Source: Eledone cirrhosa (Eukaryota). Taken from it: 64,000 nt of DNA. Location: NCBI GenBank assembly GCA_964016885.1, contig OZ024751.1, positions 40,052,001 to 40,116,000 of the forward strand. The letters run 5' to 3'. The position numbers and the translations under genes were made by a program. The first letter of the stretch is position 1; the number at the start of each line of letters is the position of its first letter. Of this stretch, positions 59,751 to 64,000 are shown in pieces. The notes beneath the pieces are model-generated. The model was not told the origin of the DNA and ran no database searches. It saw only the letters and a program-made list of their open reading frames with translations.

Positions 59751-60303
59751 CTATTAAGGAACATTCAAAGATAGATTTTATCAAAACATGCTTCCTTAAT
59801 TATTTTTTACTGAACAATTAGAGAAGAGATATATATATATATTTCGTTTCTGAATTTGTTGAGCAAGATTCTTTATCTGAAAACATGTGTTGAAAGCGAT
59901 ATTGTTATACTTTGGGAGGGTCATGTTGCCAATAAGAAACACAGAAAAGAATCCCCGGTCACAGAATGTGTGACGAAAGAACTTTGACAATATATAAACA
60001 ACCATCTGGTTGTGGAACCAACCAACCAACCGGAAATTTATATATTTAATTTATAATAAATTGGAGTGAAAGCAACTGGTGCGTGTGTTTCTTATTGGCA
60101 ACATGACCCTCTCAAAGTATAACAATATATATATATATACAATATATTAATAAATGGAAACTATATTTATAAAACCATATTTATTTCATTATACATATTT
60201 CAAGGACACCAAACCAAAAATTTGTTGAGTGCTTTATATCAGTTATAAAAATATTTGCTTGTTGTATCCCAACAAATTAAATATAACCTTTACATATATA
60301 TAT

Positions 60304-60345
<42 letters not shown>

Positions 60346-60483
60346 AATTCAAGGTATCAAAACATATCAAATATGCTCAATATTTGTGTGTCTCGATACA
60401 AAAGCTCTATGGATGTTTGTCAAGAGCAATAAAAATTCAAATTAATAGAATTTATAATTTTAGTGTCTAAAAATTTATCTTAC

Positions 60484-60548
60484 CTTTATAACTCGCTTTA
60501 AAATAACTTTGTCTTTATTAAGAAATGTTTTGTACCTCGTATAAACAC
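60484..60548 (-). CDS. DENND6: DENND6 exon
   Basis: GVYTRYKTFLNKDKVILKRVIK; TTCCAG acceptor, GTAAGA donor. Confidence 0.92.
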
Positions 60549-60631
60549 CTGGAAATAAGAGAAAATTTTTTTTAATTTTTAATGAACCCAAAGAAGTTAA
60601 TAAAATAAGATTAAAATGTATTCTTTTCTAA

Positions 60632-60880
60632 TCCTTCTTCTTCACCCACTTATTCCTGAGAGGGCTGTGAAGTCCTCAAACACTCCTAGTGGATCCTGCC
60701 AGAAACAACTGTCTCCAACTGATCCTCCAGCAAGACCAGTCAAGCTCATGAATGCTATCCAACTATCTTGCACAGGGTCTACCCCTGGGTCTCCTGCCAG
60801 TTGGTTTTGCCTGTCCAGTGATTCTTTCCTGAGACATTCTAACCACATGTCCGTAATATCGGAGTTGTGATCTCTCAACT
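60632..60880 (-). mobile_element. RTE LINE 3' fragment in a DENND6 intron
   Basis: ERSQLRYYGHVVRMSQERITGQAKPTGRRPRGRP. Confidence 0.82.
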
Positions 60881-61014
60881 TGGAGAAGTAACAGATAAAA
60901 AACTATTAATATTTCAAATAGCTTTCTTAAATCTTCACTAATCAAGAATTAACAACCCCTTTAATTATCACAGTTTCTGTGATAAATAAAATATAAGGAC
61001 AAAACAGTTTTTAC

Positions 61015-61083
61015 CTGGTTTTGAGTCTAACGTTTTTAATGCTGTTGACTTCTTTAATTTATTGAACTGTTTAGGGGAACTTA
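61015..61083 (-). CDS. DENND6: DENND6 (FAM116) Rab GEF, first exon visible in window; upstream exons lie beyond 64000
   Basis: TTTGCAG acceptor; SSPKQFNKLKKSTALKTLDSKP(G), matching DENND6 'LKTLDSKPG'. All 8 visible exons are GT-AG and phase-consistent (686 nt). Confidence 0.9.
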
Positions 61084-61275
61084 CTGCAAAAGGAAAATAT
61101 AATGAAATAAATACAGAATAATAATAATAACAATAATGATTTAAGCACAAGGCCAACACTTTGGCAGAGAGGGGGAAGTTGATTAAATCGACCCTAGTGT
61201 GTTACTGGTACTTTATTTTATCAACCCCATAAGGATGTAAAGGCAAAGCTAACCACAGTGGAATTTGGACTCAGT

Positions 61276-62460
61276 GTATGTTTGTTATGACAGTAGTAAA
61301 ATATATAGAAAATATATTATTATGTCAATATGTTTGTTATGACAGTAGTAAAATATATAGAAAATATATTATTATGTCAATATGTTTGTTATGACAGTAG
61401 TAAAATATATAGAAAATATATTATTATGTCAATATGTTTGTTATGACAGTAGTAAAATGTATAGAAAATATATTATTATGTCAATATGTTTGTTATTACA
61501 GTAGTAAAATATATAGAAAATATATTATTATGTCAATATGTTTGTTATGACAGTAGTAAAATATATAGAAAATATATTATTATGTCAATATGTTTGTTAT
61601 GACAGTAGTAAAATGTATAGAAAATATATTATTATGTCAATATGTTTGTTATGACAGTAGTAAAATATATAGAAAATATATTATTATGTCAATATGTTTG
61701 TTATGACAGTAGTAAAATATATAGAAAATATATTATTATGTCAATATGTTTGTTATGACAGTAGTAAAATATATAGAAAATATATTATTATGTCAATATG
61801 TTTGTTATGACAGTAGTAAAATATATAGAAAATATATTATTATGTCAATATGTTTATGACAGTAGTAAAATATATAGAAAATATATTATTATGTCAATAT
61901 GTTTGTTATGACTGTAGTAAAATGTATAGAAAATATATTATTATGTCAATATGTTTGTTATTACAGTAGTAAAATATATAGAAAATATATTATTATGTCA
62001 ATATGTTTGTTATGACAGTAGTAAAATATATAGAAAATATATTATTATGTCAATATGTTTGTTATGACAGTAGTAAAATATATAGAAAATATATTATTAT
62101 GTCAATATGTTTGTTATTACAGTAGTAAAATATATAGAAAATATATTATTATGTCAATATGTTTGTTATGTGATAAAAGACAGCGGTTATCAAATATAGA
62201 GAAAATATATTATTATGTCAACATGTTATTACAATAGTAAAATATATAGAAAATATATCATTATATAGTGTATATGTTTGTTATTACAGTAGTGAAATAT
62301 ATAGAAAATATATTATTATATAGTCAATATGTTTGTTATTACAATAGTGAAATATATAGAAAATATATTATTATATAGTCAATATGTTTGTTATTACAAT
62401 AGTGAAATATATAGAAAATATATTATTATATAGTCAATATGTTTGTTATGTCAGAAAAGA
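61276..62460. repeat. 52-bp AT-rich minisatellite in a DENND6 intron
   Basis: Unit ATGTTTGTTATGACAGTAGTAAAATATATAGAAAATATATTATTATGTCAAT, about 22 copies. Confidence 0.95.
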
Positions 62461-64000
62461 CAGCAGTTATCAAATATATAGAAAATATATCACAACAAAT
62501 ATATATAAAAAAGAAGGTAGGAACTATTTACTAATGTTTTAATCTGACATGCAAGGTAGACTAAATGGTGAACAGTTGACTGAGTGTTGTTTAATGAGAA
62601 ATAAAAATATTATCTAAGTAAAAACTACTACTTATGATGTAAGAGGTGAGGTAACAGCTATTTCAGGTGTGGTAACGAGGGTGATGGTGAGATAACAGGT
62701 GTCACAGCTAAGATTTTATATAGCTGAGGTACTAGATACTACACAGCTGTGATACATTAGATAATATGTGACACAGGTGTGACAAGCTGGGATTACAGGT
62801 ATCATAGCTTGGATAAAGTGTCACAATTGGATATCACAGGTGTGACAGAAGAGTAAGGTGTCGCATTTGGATATCACAGGTGTGACGTCAGGTGTAACAG
62901 GGGAGATAAGATGTCATATTTCAATGTGACAGTTCCTACAGCTGAGATGAGAGTTAGTTAAAAATTAAACTCTGTTCCAAGGCTGGAGGATCATCAGGCC
63001 AGAGCTTAACCTGGTTTCATTAGTGTTAAGTGACCAGAAGTACAAGACATCCCTCCTGGACAGGATGCCAGTCCATCACAGGGTTAACTCCCAGCCACTG
63101 CTGGTACTCACTTTCAGCTGAGCTGACTGGATTAACATGAAATGAAGTGTCTTGCTCAAGAACTCAGCATGCCACTCACGCCAGCCAGTCAAGGAATGGA
63201 GCCCACAACATTATGATCATAAGTCCAACACCCTAAACACTATGCCACACACCTTCATGAGATAAGAGTTACCACACTTGAAATAACAAGTGCCCCCATC
63301 AGGCATAACAGGTATCTACACTTAACGACATAACAGGTACTATACCTGAGATGAAAGGTTCTACACCTGAGATAAAAGGTGTCACACCTGAGGTAAGAAG
63401 TGCTGAACCTGAAATAATATGTCATTTGGTAGAAGAAGTCGTCAACTTGGTAATTAAAGAGTTAAAAAGTAATTAATGTCACATCAGAGAGTGATAGTTT
63501 TAAACTACAACTGTTGTCTGGCCTCAAATTAATCAACGTTGAATATATATCAATAATCACAGATATTCTAACTCTGACTAAACTGTCTGCTTAATGAAGG
63601 AAGGATAGTCAGTACCTTTAATCATTCCTAAGGCCTCTAAGCCAGGTGAGAAACAGTAAGGGTTTCTCAATCCTGAGATCTTATCCAAATACTTACAACA
63701 AGGTGGATTTCACTAAAGGCACCCAAGGACCAGGTGGAGGTGTTCAACCAGGTGACTGACAACGTATACCACCCAATGGCTACATGGTGGTGTTAAGTTT
63801 ACCACCCAAATAAGCCCCAATGGGATTAGAACTCAAAACAGAGTGTGCCAGAATGAACAACACAAGGCATTTTGGTTGAAACTTACAATTCCTCCTTATT
63901 ACCACCCTTGAATTGTACTATATTTTACAACACCATTCTAAACCTTATTTTATCCATCTTGGAAAACTGAAAGTTTGTCTTGGTGGGATTTGAAATAAGA

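Noticed and set aside
63690-63760. Possible upstream DENND6 exon ending at an ACTTAC donor
   Set aside because: Translation does not resemble the expected ...LGVTNPFF..TLQHWPH.. segment.

Overview
AT-rich, microsatellite-saturated animal genomic DNA. The repeat landscape (tRNA-derived SINEs, RTE and CR1 LINE relics, multi-kb (TA)n tracts) suggests an octopus or other coleoid cephalopod, which is inference only. Almost all ORFs in the supplied track are low-complexity artefacts. Manual splicing recovers: (1) a complete 4-exon Ashwin/C2orf49 gene on the minus strand (37992-33399, 224 aa); (2) the last 8 coding exons of a DENND6/FAM116 Rab-GEF gene on the minus strand (61083-55846); (3) a 164-nt U1 snRNA gene (40072-40235) whose stems are preserved but whose U1-70K loop and Sm site are variant; (4) an exon missed by the ORF track (13553-13755, +) encoding a transmembrane helix and YxxL tail, possibly a 70-aa microprotein. 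The most striking hidden signal is about a dozen hammerhead-ribozyme-like cassettes (CUGANGA-stem II-GAAA-palindromic mini stem III-UH). They belong to several unrelated short elements sitting in (TA)n tracts, often as fold-back dimers, resembling Penelope-like pLTRs or retrozymes; the one at 12615-12679 looks essentially intact. The window also holds a 12-unit ~360-bp satellite with an emerging A/B higher-order repeat, minisatellites born inside LINEs, TTAA/CCC piggyBac-type MITEs and several long inverted repeats.
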